Source: an uncultured Eubacteriales bacterium (GTDB lineage Bacteria > Actinomycetota > Coriobacteriia > Anaerosomatales > JAAXUF01). From it: a stretch of DNA of 64,000 nt. The position numbers and the translations under genes are program-made. The stretch is from NCBI GenBank assembly GCA_964388455.1, contig CAYMAN010000008.1:12289-76288 (forward strand). Direction: 5' to 3'. The first letter of the stretch is position 1; each line of letters begins with the position of its first letter. Shown in pieces: positions 10,274 through 18,026 of the stretch. The notes under the pieces were generated by a model that searched no databases, had not been told where the DNA came from, and saw only the letters and a program-made list of their open reading frames with translations.

Positions 10274-11578
10274 CTAGGAGGAGCGGTGCGCGCCGTGGCG
10301 CCCGACGCCCATGTACGTCAGGCCTGCCGCCGTGACCGCCGCGGCATCAAGCGCGTTGCGGCCGTCGAACACGATGGCAGGTTCGCTCATCACGCGTCGG
10401 ACGCGTGCCCAATCGAGCTCCAGGAACTCCGGCCACTCGGTCACGAGCACCATGGCCGAGGAGCCCTCGAGCGCCTCCCAGACGTCATCGACGCGGGTCG
10501 AGCCCGGCAGCGTGACTTCTCCGGCGAACGGGTCACACGTGACGACCGAGGCGCCTTCCTCGACGAGAAGCGGCACGATGTCGAGTGCCGGGGATTCGCG
10601 TACGTCGTCGGTGTGCGGCTTGAACGCCAGGCCGAGAATCGCGACCTTGCGCTCCCAGAGGTTGGGGATGGCGCGGGTGAGCTGGATGAGCGGCAGCAGA
10701 CGCTGGCGGTTGTTCACGTCGATGACGGCTTTGAGCAGATCGAACTGGTAGCCGTTCATGGTCGCGATGAAGTCCAGCGCGCGAGTGTCCTTGGGGAAGC
10801 ACGAGCCGCCGTATCCGATGCCCGCCTGCAGGAACGCCGAGCCGATTCGGGAGTCGAGCCCGATGCCGCCGGAGACGGCGTCGATGTCGGCGCCCACTGC
10901 ATCACAGAGGTTGGCGATCTCGTTGATGAAGCTGATCTTGGTGGAGAGGAACGCGTTAGACGCGTACTTGATGGTCTCGGCGCTTGCGACATCGGTGACG
11001 ACGATGGGCGCGTCGAGCGAGACGTACAGCTCGGCGACCTGGTCGATGGCGCGGGCGTCATCTCCGCCGATGACGACGCGGTCGGTGTTGAACCAGTCGT
11101 GGATGGCGTGGCCTTCGCGGAGGAACTCGGGGTTGGACACGTAACCGATTTCCACCGCAGCGCGTGTGAGCTGACGGTCGCGCAGGGCCGAACCGGTCCC
11201 CGGCGGCACAGTCGACTTCATCACCAGTGTGAAGGGCTTGGTCGCCTCAGCCGAGAGGGAGTCGGCGACCGCGCGCACGAACGAGAGATCCGCAGCACCG
11301 TTCTCTGACATCGGCGTACCCACGGCGACGAAGATGACCTCGCCGATCAGGTCGGCCCAGCCGTTCTCCGGCGTCTCGAAGCGGAGGTTGCCTGCGGCGA
11401 TGCCGGCCTCGAGCAGCTCAGCGAGCCCTGGTTCGTGGATGGGCGGCACGCCTGCACGCATGCGTGCGACCTTCTCGGCGTCGATGTCGACACAGGTCAC
11501 GTCGTGGCCGAGCTTGGCCAGACAGACGCCCTGGATGAGTCCGACATAGCCGGTTCCTACGACGGTAACGGTGGTCAT
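10274..11578 (-). CDS. ugd: UDP-glucose/GDP-mannose 6-dehydrogenase
   Basis: GTGYVG, KSTVPPGT, NPEFLREG, GYGGSCFPKD and FKPHTDDVRESP motifs; start set at ATG 11578. Confidence 0.92.
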   Translation of the reverse strand: MTTVTVVGTGYVGLIQGVCLAKLGHDVTCVDIDAEKVARMRAGVPPIHEPGLAELLEAGIAAGNLRFETPENGWADLIGEVIFVAVGTPMSENGAADLSFVRAVADSLSAEATKPFTLVMKSTVPPGTGSALRDRQLTRAAVEIGYVSNPEFLREGHAIHDWFNTDRVVIGGDDARAIDQVAELYVSLDAPIVVTDVASAETIKYASNAFLSTKISFINEIANLCDAVGADIDAVSGGIGLDSRIGSAFLQAGIGYGGSCFPKDTRALDFIATMNGYQFDLLKAVIDVNNRQRLLPLIQLTRAIPNLWERKVAILGLAFKPHTDDVRESPALDIVPLLVEEGASVVTCDPFAGEVTLPGSTRVDDVWEALEGSSAMVLVTEWPEFLELDWARVRRVMSEPAIVFDGRNALDAAAVTAAGLTYMGVGRHGAHRSS

Positions 11579-11712
11579 GAAGATCCCCTCGAGGACGTGT
11601 CTGTGCGGGTCGTTTGGCGCAAGATAACGCCTGCGACAGGGTACCACAGCGTGGCGCCTGTACCGCCTGCGTGATGCGTGTTTCGTCGAGCGTGGAGTGT
11701 GCGGGCGCACGG

Positions 11713-11721
11713 TGATACCAT
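11713..11721 (+). promoter_or_regulatory. Putative extended -10 promoter (TGA-TACCAT)
   Basis: TGn+TANNAT in the divergent intergenic region, about 40 nt before ATG 11763. Confidence 0.4.
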
Positions 11722-11762
11722 CGACGGTGACATGCTGGGTTCTGAGGGGAGTCACGACCGGT

Positions 11763-12518
11763 ATGACCGCTGAACACGAGCACGACAGGCAGGCCCGCGC
11801 GCCGCACACCCCAGAGGACGCGATTCCGTCCATCGTCGACGCACCGACGCCCGATGCCGAGGCGCGGTTCGTCGCCGAGACGGCGGCTCGCTCCCGCCAG
11901 ACGCGTATCGGATGGGAGGTCGCGGTCGGGGTCATCGTGATCGTGCTGATCGGCGCCGGAATCGCCTATGCGCTTCTCGGCCGGGGAACCACATCGGACC
12001 AGCCTGCCGAGCAATCTGCGGCCGCACTGGCTTCCTTGCAGCCTTCCGCATCGGACTCAACGGCGTCCGGGGTCGCGTCACGGACGGTTGTAGACTCGGG
12101 CACGCCCGCGCCCGGTGGTGCGCAGATCAGTCGCGCCGCCAAGCCAACGGAGCGGCTTGCCACAGAGGGGCAGCCCCTGTCGGAGCTGTCGGCTCCGCCC
12201 GCCAAGACGGTCGCGATGCTCGTCGTCCCCAAGGGATTCAAGGCAGCCGCGTTCGACATCGTGTTCCAACCGTACGGGTGGGGCCCGGGTGGTGTGGACG
12301 GGGGCCGGATTCTCGTCCGGATCGACTCCTCGAGGCCCGCCGATGCGGGCGCTAAGGCCCTGGAGAAGGATTTCATGGGGCGCAATGCGGCCGTATGGTG
12401 TTCGCCGGCTGATGCTAAGATCCTCGCGGATGGGGGCACGTACTCCGGGGTCCTCACGGTTCGTCCGCAAGGGAACGTCGGGTCGCTGTACCTGAGCCAG
12501 GTCAAACCGGATAAGTAG
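11763..12518 (+). CDS. Hypothetical single-pass membrane protein
   Basis: GAGGGG RBS; TM segment VAVGVIVIVLIGAGIAYALL; S/A/P-rich linker; compact C-terminal beta-rich domain. Confidence 0.75.
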   Translation: MTAEHEHDRQARAPHTPEDAIPSIVDAPTPDAEARFVAETAARSRQTRIGWEVAVGVIVIVLIGAGIAYALLGRGTTSDQPAEQSAAALASLQPSASDSTASGVASRTVVDSGTPAPGGAQISRAAKPTERLATEGQPLSELSAPPAKTVAMLVVPKGFKAAAFDIVFQPYGWGPGGVDGGRILVRIDSSRPADAGAKALEKDFMGRNAAVWCSPADAKILADGGTYSGVLTVRPQGNVGSLYLSQVKPDK

Positions 12519-12623
12519 GCGGCAGAGTCCGGGTGGGTGCGCGGCGGCGCACGTTTTGCTCCAAGGTGGTCGAGTCGCAGCGCGGCTCGACTGAATGACG
12601 ATGCACGTGAGGGAGATTCGATC

Positions 12624-14471
12624 ATGACTCGTACCATAAGAATGCCGTTCGCTGTTATCGCAGCAACCCTGTTGCTGTTAACCGGAGCGATACTTGCACC
12701 CTCCGTCGCGTCCGCCGTCACTGTCAGCGGTTCAGTGAAGACGACGTCCGGCTCCGCGCCGGTTCACCCGGTCACCGTCGACCTCTACTACTGGGACGGT
12801 GGAGACTGGCAGATGTCGAACTACTCGGCTCAGACGGTCGGCGCAGCGTGGAGCATCAACGTCGCCACGGCCGACGCCTCAAAACAGTACAAGGCCGTGT
12901 TCAGCGACTGGCCGTATAACTGGTACGCGCAGACGGTTCACCCCAACGCCAAGCTGGGCACCAGTGGGGTGCCGTCAAACGGCACGACGATCACGCCGGG
13001 CACAGGCAGCGTTGGTCTGGTGACGACGATGGAGCTGCTCCCGCGCTCGTATTCGGGAACCGTGAAGGACAAGGCCGGAAAGCCACTCTCAGGAATCACG
13101 GTCTCCGCCTACGTGGGGACCGATGCCGAGAATGACTGGGTCGCGTCCACCGAGACACTGGCCAACGGAACCTATGAACTGCACGGTCTCACCGCGTCCA
13201 GTTACCGCATCGGGTTCGACGACTACAACGGTGCTTATGCGCCGACGTTTTACAGCGCCAAGTCCTCGCTCGCGACCGCCCTGCTGGTCAACCGCGGCGC
13301 AACCGGCGTCAATGCGGCGATGGCGCGCTTCGTCGCGGTCGAACGCATCGCGCCCACCTCGGGCAAGTACTGGACGCAGTCGGTGAATGTGGCAAGACGT
13401 ATGTACGTCGATGACATGACCAAGCCGTGGAACGCTACCACCAATCCTGATGCGTGGGATGACGTGACGGACATCGTGATCACGTCCGGCGACAAACGTG
13501 CGCAGTCAGACCCGCTATCCGCAGCCGGGTTGTGTTGGGCGTATCAGGTCAACAGTCCCGACTCGTACAACGCAAACTTCAACGCGCCGCTCCTTCTTGT
13601 GTCGGCATACGCCAAGACGGACCCCTCGGTGCTCGCTCTGATCAAGGAGATCGGCCTCAACAACGCCGGTATGGCCGGATCGAAACGGCGGCTGACGATC
13701 CACATCGTCGGCGGACCGGTCGCGGTCCCCGATGCGAGATTCAATGAAATCAGCGCGGCACTTGTGAGTGTGGGTGCGCAAGCCCCGGTGAAGGACCGCG
13801 TGTTGTCGACCGGTGGACGATACGACCTGGCCGAGAAGATCTCCCAGATCATGAAGTCGCGCGCTGACGCGAGCAAGACCGACGAGCTCGTGCTTGCCGA
13901 TTTCGCGCTGATCGCCAACGGTGCCGACCCGGCGAGCTTCTACGACTCTCTGGCGTTCTCGCCGATCGCCGCATCAGTGGGCGCACCGATTCTGCTCGTT
14001 ACCAAGACGTCGGTACCCAGGCAGACCAGCAGGGCGATCAGCAGACTGAAGGTCGCCCCTACCGGTATCGATCCCGTGAAGTCGCTGTACGTCGGCGGTG
14101 GGACCGCTGCTGTCTCGTCCGGCGTCTTCAGTACCCTGAAGCGCAGCACCGCGAGTACCACGCGCGTCTCGGGGCTTGACCGCTACAAGACGGCCCGGGC
14201 GATCGCGGACAAGGCCGTCGCGATGGGATGGCTGCGCGCGGATTCGAGCGTCGCTCTCGCCTCGACGATCGCCGACGCGCAGCTCGCGGGCGTGCTTGCG
14301 GGTAACGATGCGTCACCGTTGCTTCTCACGGCCCCCACGTCGCTGACGAGTACTTCCAAGTCGTGGCTGTATGGAAAGAAGGCAAGCCTGCTGCGCGTTT
14401 ACCTGGTGGGATCCTCCAGCGCGCTGAGCACCCAGGTCTACAACTCTACGAAAGCGGCTGTCGCCAACTAG
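12624..14471 (+). CDS. Secreted CWB2-repeat protein with carboxypeptidase-regulatory-like beta-sandwich domains (candidate S-layer protein or adhesin)
   Basis: Signal peptide ending ASA; SGTVKDKAGKPLSGITV...TLANGTY Ig-like motif; three CWB2-like repeats (IANGADPASFYDSLAFSPIAASVGAPILL; RVSGLDRYKTA; YLVGSSSALS). Confidence 0.85.
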   Translation: MTRTIRMPFAVIAATLLLLTGAILAPSVASAVTVSGSVKTTSGSAPVHPVTVDLYYWDGGDWQMSNYSAQTVGAAWSINVATADASKQYKAVFSDWPYNWYAQTVHPNAKLGTSGVPSNGTTITPGTGSVGLVTTMELLPRSYSGTVKDKAGKPLSGITVSAYVGTDAENDWVASTETLANGTYELHGLTASSYRIGFDDYNGAYAPTFYSAKSSLATALLVNRGATGVNAAMARFVAVERIAPTSGKYWTQSVNVARRMYVDDMTKPWNATTNPDAWDDVTDIVITSGDKRAQSDPLSAAGLCWAYQVNSPDSYNANFNAPLLLVSAYAKTDPSVLALIKEIGLNNAGMAGSKRRLTIHIVGGPVAVPDARFNEISAALVSVGAQAPVKDRVLSTGGRYDLAEKISQIMKSRADASKTDELVLADFALIANGADPASFYDSLAFSPIAASVGAPILLVTKTSVPRQTSRAISRLKVAPTGIDPVKSLYVGGGTAAVSSGVFSTLKRSTASTTRVSGLDRYKTARAIADKAVAMGWLRADSSVALASTIADAQLAGVLAGNDASPLLLTAPTSLTSTSKSWLYGKKASLLRVYLVGSSSALSTQVYNSTKAAVAN

Positions 14472-14498
14472 CCCGCACTAGTTCAACGAGCATCAAGG

Positions 14499-14532
14499 AA
14501 GGGGTCGACGGAACCACTCGTCGGCCCCTTTG
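14499..14532 (+). terminator. Probable intrinsic terminator
   Basis: AAGGGGTCGACG / CGTCGGCCCCTT stem with an 8-nt loop, ending in TTT. Confidence 0.7.
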
Positions 14533-14542
14533 ACGTGGGCGC

Positions 14543-14551
14543 TGATACAAT
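14543..14551 (+). promoter_or_regulatory. Putative extended -10 promoter (TGA-TACAAT)
   Basis: Near-consensus TGn-TACAAT just after the terminator, upstream of GTG 14640. Confidence 0.5.
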
Positions 14552-14639
14552 GACGACGGTGCCACGCCTCGCGCAGCCCGCGGGTGAGCCCTGATACGTT
14601 GTACGTGTTCTCGGACCGTGAAACGACCAAGGAGTCTCC

Positions 14640-16343
14640 GTGAAGCGCACCTCGCTATTTCTCATTTGCGCAGCGATCATCACCGCGGTCTTTGGCGGCG
14701 CAGCATCCGCTGAGGCGGCCCCTTGGCCGGTCGAAGCGGCGCGTGTCTCGGTGCCTACAGAGCGTGTCGCCGGCGCCAACCGATTTGCCACCGCCGCCGC
14801 CATCGCTGCCGAGTCCTATCCGTCGTGGAGCGGGGTCAGCCACGTCATCGTGGCCTCGGGCGATGATCGCTCGGCGGCCGACCCCTTGTCCTCGGGCAGC
14901 CTGTGTTGGGCCTACGACGCGCCACTGCTGCTCACCAGCAGCACCGGTACGCCGCGTGCGACGCGTGCCGCGCTTGCCGCGATCGTCTCGGCGAACACGA
15001 CAGTCACCGTCCATGTTGTCGGCGGTTCGGCATCGGTGCCGGCTGCGCGGATCAGCGAGCTCAAGCGGATTGTCGGCAAGAAGGGCAAGGTCGAGCAGCC
15101 TTGGCTCAAGGGCGACCGTTACACGACGTCGCGCGGGATCGCGGCTCGGGTGAGACGGGTTGCGGCCGACACCTCGCGAACGGTTCCCGCCGCGGTCTTC
15201 GTCGCCAACGGCGAGCGAAGGAGCGCGTTTTGGGATGTACTGGCGGTCTCGGCGGTGTCTCGCAACACGGGCATCCCGGTACTGCTGACCGCTGGCGACA
15301 ACGTGCCCTCTGCCACCCGTGCAGCACTCGCGTCTGTGCCGGGCGCACGGCGCATCGTCATAGGCGGTAGGAGTGCAGTCTCTGCCGGGGTCTACCGGTC
15401 AGTCGGTGGCAGCGCGCGCTGGTCGGGAGCGACGGCGTACGGGACCGCTGCATCGGTGGCCCGGCGTGCTGCCGCGGAGGGCTGGGCGAGTCCGGCGACC
15501 TTCGGTGTGGCCGTGGCGATGCCGGATGCACTCGCGGGTGCCGGACTCGTGGGCCGGGCCGGCGGGGTGCTGCTGCTGTCGGATAGGGTCCGCATCAGCA
15601 AGCCTACGTGGGACCTTCTCTCGGCACCGAGCGCGCCGCTGACAAAGGGATATCTGCTCGGTGGCGTGAAGGGCGGGAGCGCTGCACTGCTCAAGGAGCT
15701 GAACGGTGCTCCGGCGGTTCCCGCCCTGGGCTCACAGACGCCCGCGAGTTACGGCGGATCCTCGGCCAAGGTGGCGGGCTCGGTGGGCGGCAATACGACC
15801 CAGGTCAAGCTGGTGGTGAACGGTGTGACGAAGTCGACCAAGAGCGTCCTGCCGTGGCAAAAGTTCGACTTTGGCAACGTGTCGGTACCGAGCGCCGGCC
15901 TGAAGATCACGGTGGTCGCCGGTAATCCCGATGGTCGGACGGCTTCCGTCTCGCGAACGGTCAAGCGCCTCAGCTTCCCGTACGCAACCTGCATCATCAT
16001 CGACAAGTCCGACTTCAAACTCTACTGGATCAAGAACAACCAACTGGTGAAGGCCTACCCGATCGCGACCGGGCGTGCGGGCATGGAGACACCGATCGGC
16101 ACGTGGAAGATCCTCGCCAAATACCACACCGATCCGTCGAGCGTCTACGGGCCGAGGAAGATGCGCATGTTCCGCAAGGTGGGCAACAGCTACGTGTTCA
16201 CGGCCTACGCGATCCACGGTACCAACCAGGAATGGGTCATCGGTACCAAGGCGAGTCACGGCTGCATCCGCATGTACAACAAGCAGGTGCTCGAGCTGTT
16301 CCCTCAGGTACCGCTTGGCACCCTGGTCGTCACCAGGCCGTGA
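14640..16343 (+). CDS. Secreted CWB2-repeat L,D-transpeptidase (YkuD domain)
   Basis: Signal peptide AEA; RVAGANRFATA, GDRYTTS, PDALAGA CWB2 repeats; C-terminal TPIGTW...YAIHGT...SHGCIRM catalytic motif. Confidence 0.92.
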   Translation: MKRTSLFLICAAIITAVFGGAASAEAAPWPVEAARVSVPTERVAGANRFATAAAIAAESYPSWSGVSHVIVASGDDRSAADPLSSGSLCWAYDAPLLLTSSTGTPRATRAALAAIVSANTTVTVHVVGGSASVPAARISELKRIVGKKGKVEQPWLKGDRYTTSRGIAARVRRVAADTSRTVPAAVFVANGERRSAFWDVLAVSAVSRNTGIPVLLTAGDNVPSATRAALASVPGARRIVIGGRSAVSAGVYRSVGGSARWSGATAYGTAASVARRAAAEGWASPATFGVAVAMPDALAGAGLVGRAGGVLLLSDRVRISKPTWDLLSAPSAPLTKGYLLGGVKGGSAALLKELNGAPAVPALGSQTPASYGGSSAKVAGSVGGNTTQVKLVVNGVTKSTKSVLPWQKFDFGNVSVPSAGLKITVVAGNPDGRTASVSRTVKRLSFPYATCIIIDKSDFKLYWIKNNQLVKAYPIATGRAGMETPIGTWKILAKYHTDPSSVYGPRKMRMFRKVGNSYVFTAYAIHGTNQEWVIGTKASHGCIRMYNKQVLELFPQVPLGTLVVTRP

Positions 16344-16594
16344 TCGGACGCAACTTCGCGACATTTCGCCTCGGGCGCTCACCGGAAACGGGGGCGCCCG
16401 AGCTGCGTTAAGGCGAGGCCCTGAGCAGCATCTTCAGGTTGATGAATCTGAATCAAAATATGGCATTTAGCTGCGTAAATGCGGCTGACGATGTCTGAAG
16501 AAGCCTGTGCTCCAAAAGCATCAAGTGACGTCTCCGGACGCGCGATAGAGAGGGTATATCGGCAGCCGCCGGTCCTCCTCTGGGGGCGAGTCAC

Positions 16595-17926
16595 TTGGGA
16601 CGTTTCACCACATGCATCGCGCTTGCGCTGGTCATGCTGCTCGGGCCTTTGGGCAGCATCACGAACGCTGCGACGGCTGCGCCGCTTCCCGCGTCGGTCC
16701 CGGCGCTGCGCACCCCGTTCACCCGCCAGATCCCGGCGAAGGGCACCGTTCGCATCCCGGCCATCGTGATCGACTTCGAGGACTCGCGGAACACGATGAG
16801 CGAGACCGACATTGCGAGCACACTGTTCGGTGCGGGCAAAGCCGAGAAGGCCCCCATGGAGAGCCTGAGTGCGTTCTACCGGCGCTCCTCATACGGCGCG
16901 CTCGACCTCACCGGCGAGGTTCTCGGCGTGTATCACGTGCCGACGACCCGTGCCGCAGCCGAGGCATCAGGTCAGACTTCGCTGGTTGAGGACGCGTTGG
17001 CGACGTTCGACGCGCAGGGCACGGACTTTGGACGCTACGACGGCGATGGCGACGGTCGCATCGACTACCTCATCGTCATGTGGACCGGGTCGGCGCGACG
17101 CGGGAGCACGTGGTGGGGGAGTTACACCGTGGGTGGCAGCGACCTTCGCGTGGACGGCACGACGCTGGGTGCCTACGCCTGGGCGCCGGTGCCGACCGAC
17201 TTCTCGGCGAGGACGCTGGTTCACGAGACGGGGCACGCGCTGGGACTTGCAGATCTCTACGACGGCAACCGTGTCATGGGACCCGGCGGTGGCGTGGGCG
17301 CGTTCGACCCGATGGGCGACGGTTCCTGCGACCACAACGCGCTCAGCAAGATCATGCTGGGCTGGATTCAGCCGCGTGTGGTCAGCGCCGGGCTGGAGAA
17401 ACTCAGTCTGCGGCCGACGTCGGTTGCTCCGGATGCCGCCATCGTGATGCCCGGCTTCTCGCTCGACGCACCGTACCGCGAGTTCTACGTGGTGCAGTCG
17501 CGCGTGCGGTCCGGCAACGACGCCGCATGGCCCTATGAGCGCACCGCGGCGCTGCAGGTGTGGCACGTGGACGCGACGCTGGGGAGCAACGGGCGCTATG
17601 CGTATAACAACTCAACGACCGCCCACAAGTTCCTGCGGCTGGTCGAGGCCGATGGCAAGAGAGAGATCGAGAAGCTCGACATGAGCAACACGACGGATCT
17701 GTTCCGCACAGGCGCGACCTTCTCGGCGGCGAGCGCTCCGTCGAGTGTTCTGTACACCGGAGACCGCTCCGGCGTCACGGTCAGCAATATCAGGACCGCG
17801 ACCGGCAGTGTGTCGTTCAGCGCTGCCGCGGGGGCATCAGCGAGCACGGACCGGCTCGCTGATGCCCGCCTGGCTCGCAAGGCCACATTCGCCGCCGCGA
17901 AACGTCTCGCCGCACGTCGTCGCTGA
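16595..17926 (+). CDS. Secreted M6-family (immune inhibitor A-like) zinc metalloprotease
   Basis: Signal peptide; IDFED, FYRRSSYG, DGDGDGRID Ca-binding motif, HETGHALGLADLY, SKIMLGWI and VWHVD motifs. Confidence 0.88.
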   Translation: MGRFTTCIALALVMLLGPLGSITNAATAAPLPASVPALRTPFTRQIPAKGTVRIPAIVIDFEDSRNTMSETDIASTLFGAGKAEKAPMESLSAFYRRSSYGALDLTGEVLGVYHVPTTRAAAEASGQTSLVEDALATFDAQGTDFGRYDGDGDGRIDYLIVMWTGSARRGSTWWGSYTVGGSDLRVDGTTLGAYAWAPVPTDFSARTLVHETGHALGLADLYDGNRVMGPGGGVGAFDPMGDGSCDHNALSKIMLGWIQPRVVSAGLEKLSLRPTSVAPDAAIVMPGFSLDAPYREFYVVQSRVRSGNDAAWPYERTAALQVWHVDATLGSNGRYAYNNSTTAHKFLRLVEADGKREIEKLDMSNTTDLFRTGATFSAASAPSSVLYTGDRSGVTVSNIRTATGSVSFSAAAGASASTDRLADARLARKATFAAAKRLAARRR

Positions 17927-17943
17927 GTGAGGCCGTAGCAGCG

Positions 17944-17952
17944 TGCTATCAT
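17944..17952 (+). promoter_or_regulatory. Putative extended -10 promoter (TGC-TATCAT)
   Basis: TGn+TANNAT in the intergenic region before the amidase. Confidence 0.45.
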
Positions 17953-18026
17953 CGGGACGCGTGCGACGCCCTTCAGTCGGTAGGCGTCGCACCCCGAAAC
18001 CGCCCTCATGCCGACGCGAGGTGCCG

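Noticed and set aside
14509-14519. The 11-mer CGGAACCACTC recurs at 45835-45845, both times in post-gene hairpins
   Set aside because: Two copies of an 11-mer are expected by chance in 64 kb, and the flanking stems differ.
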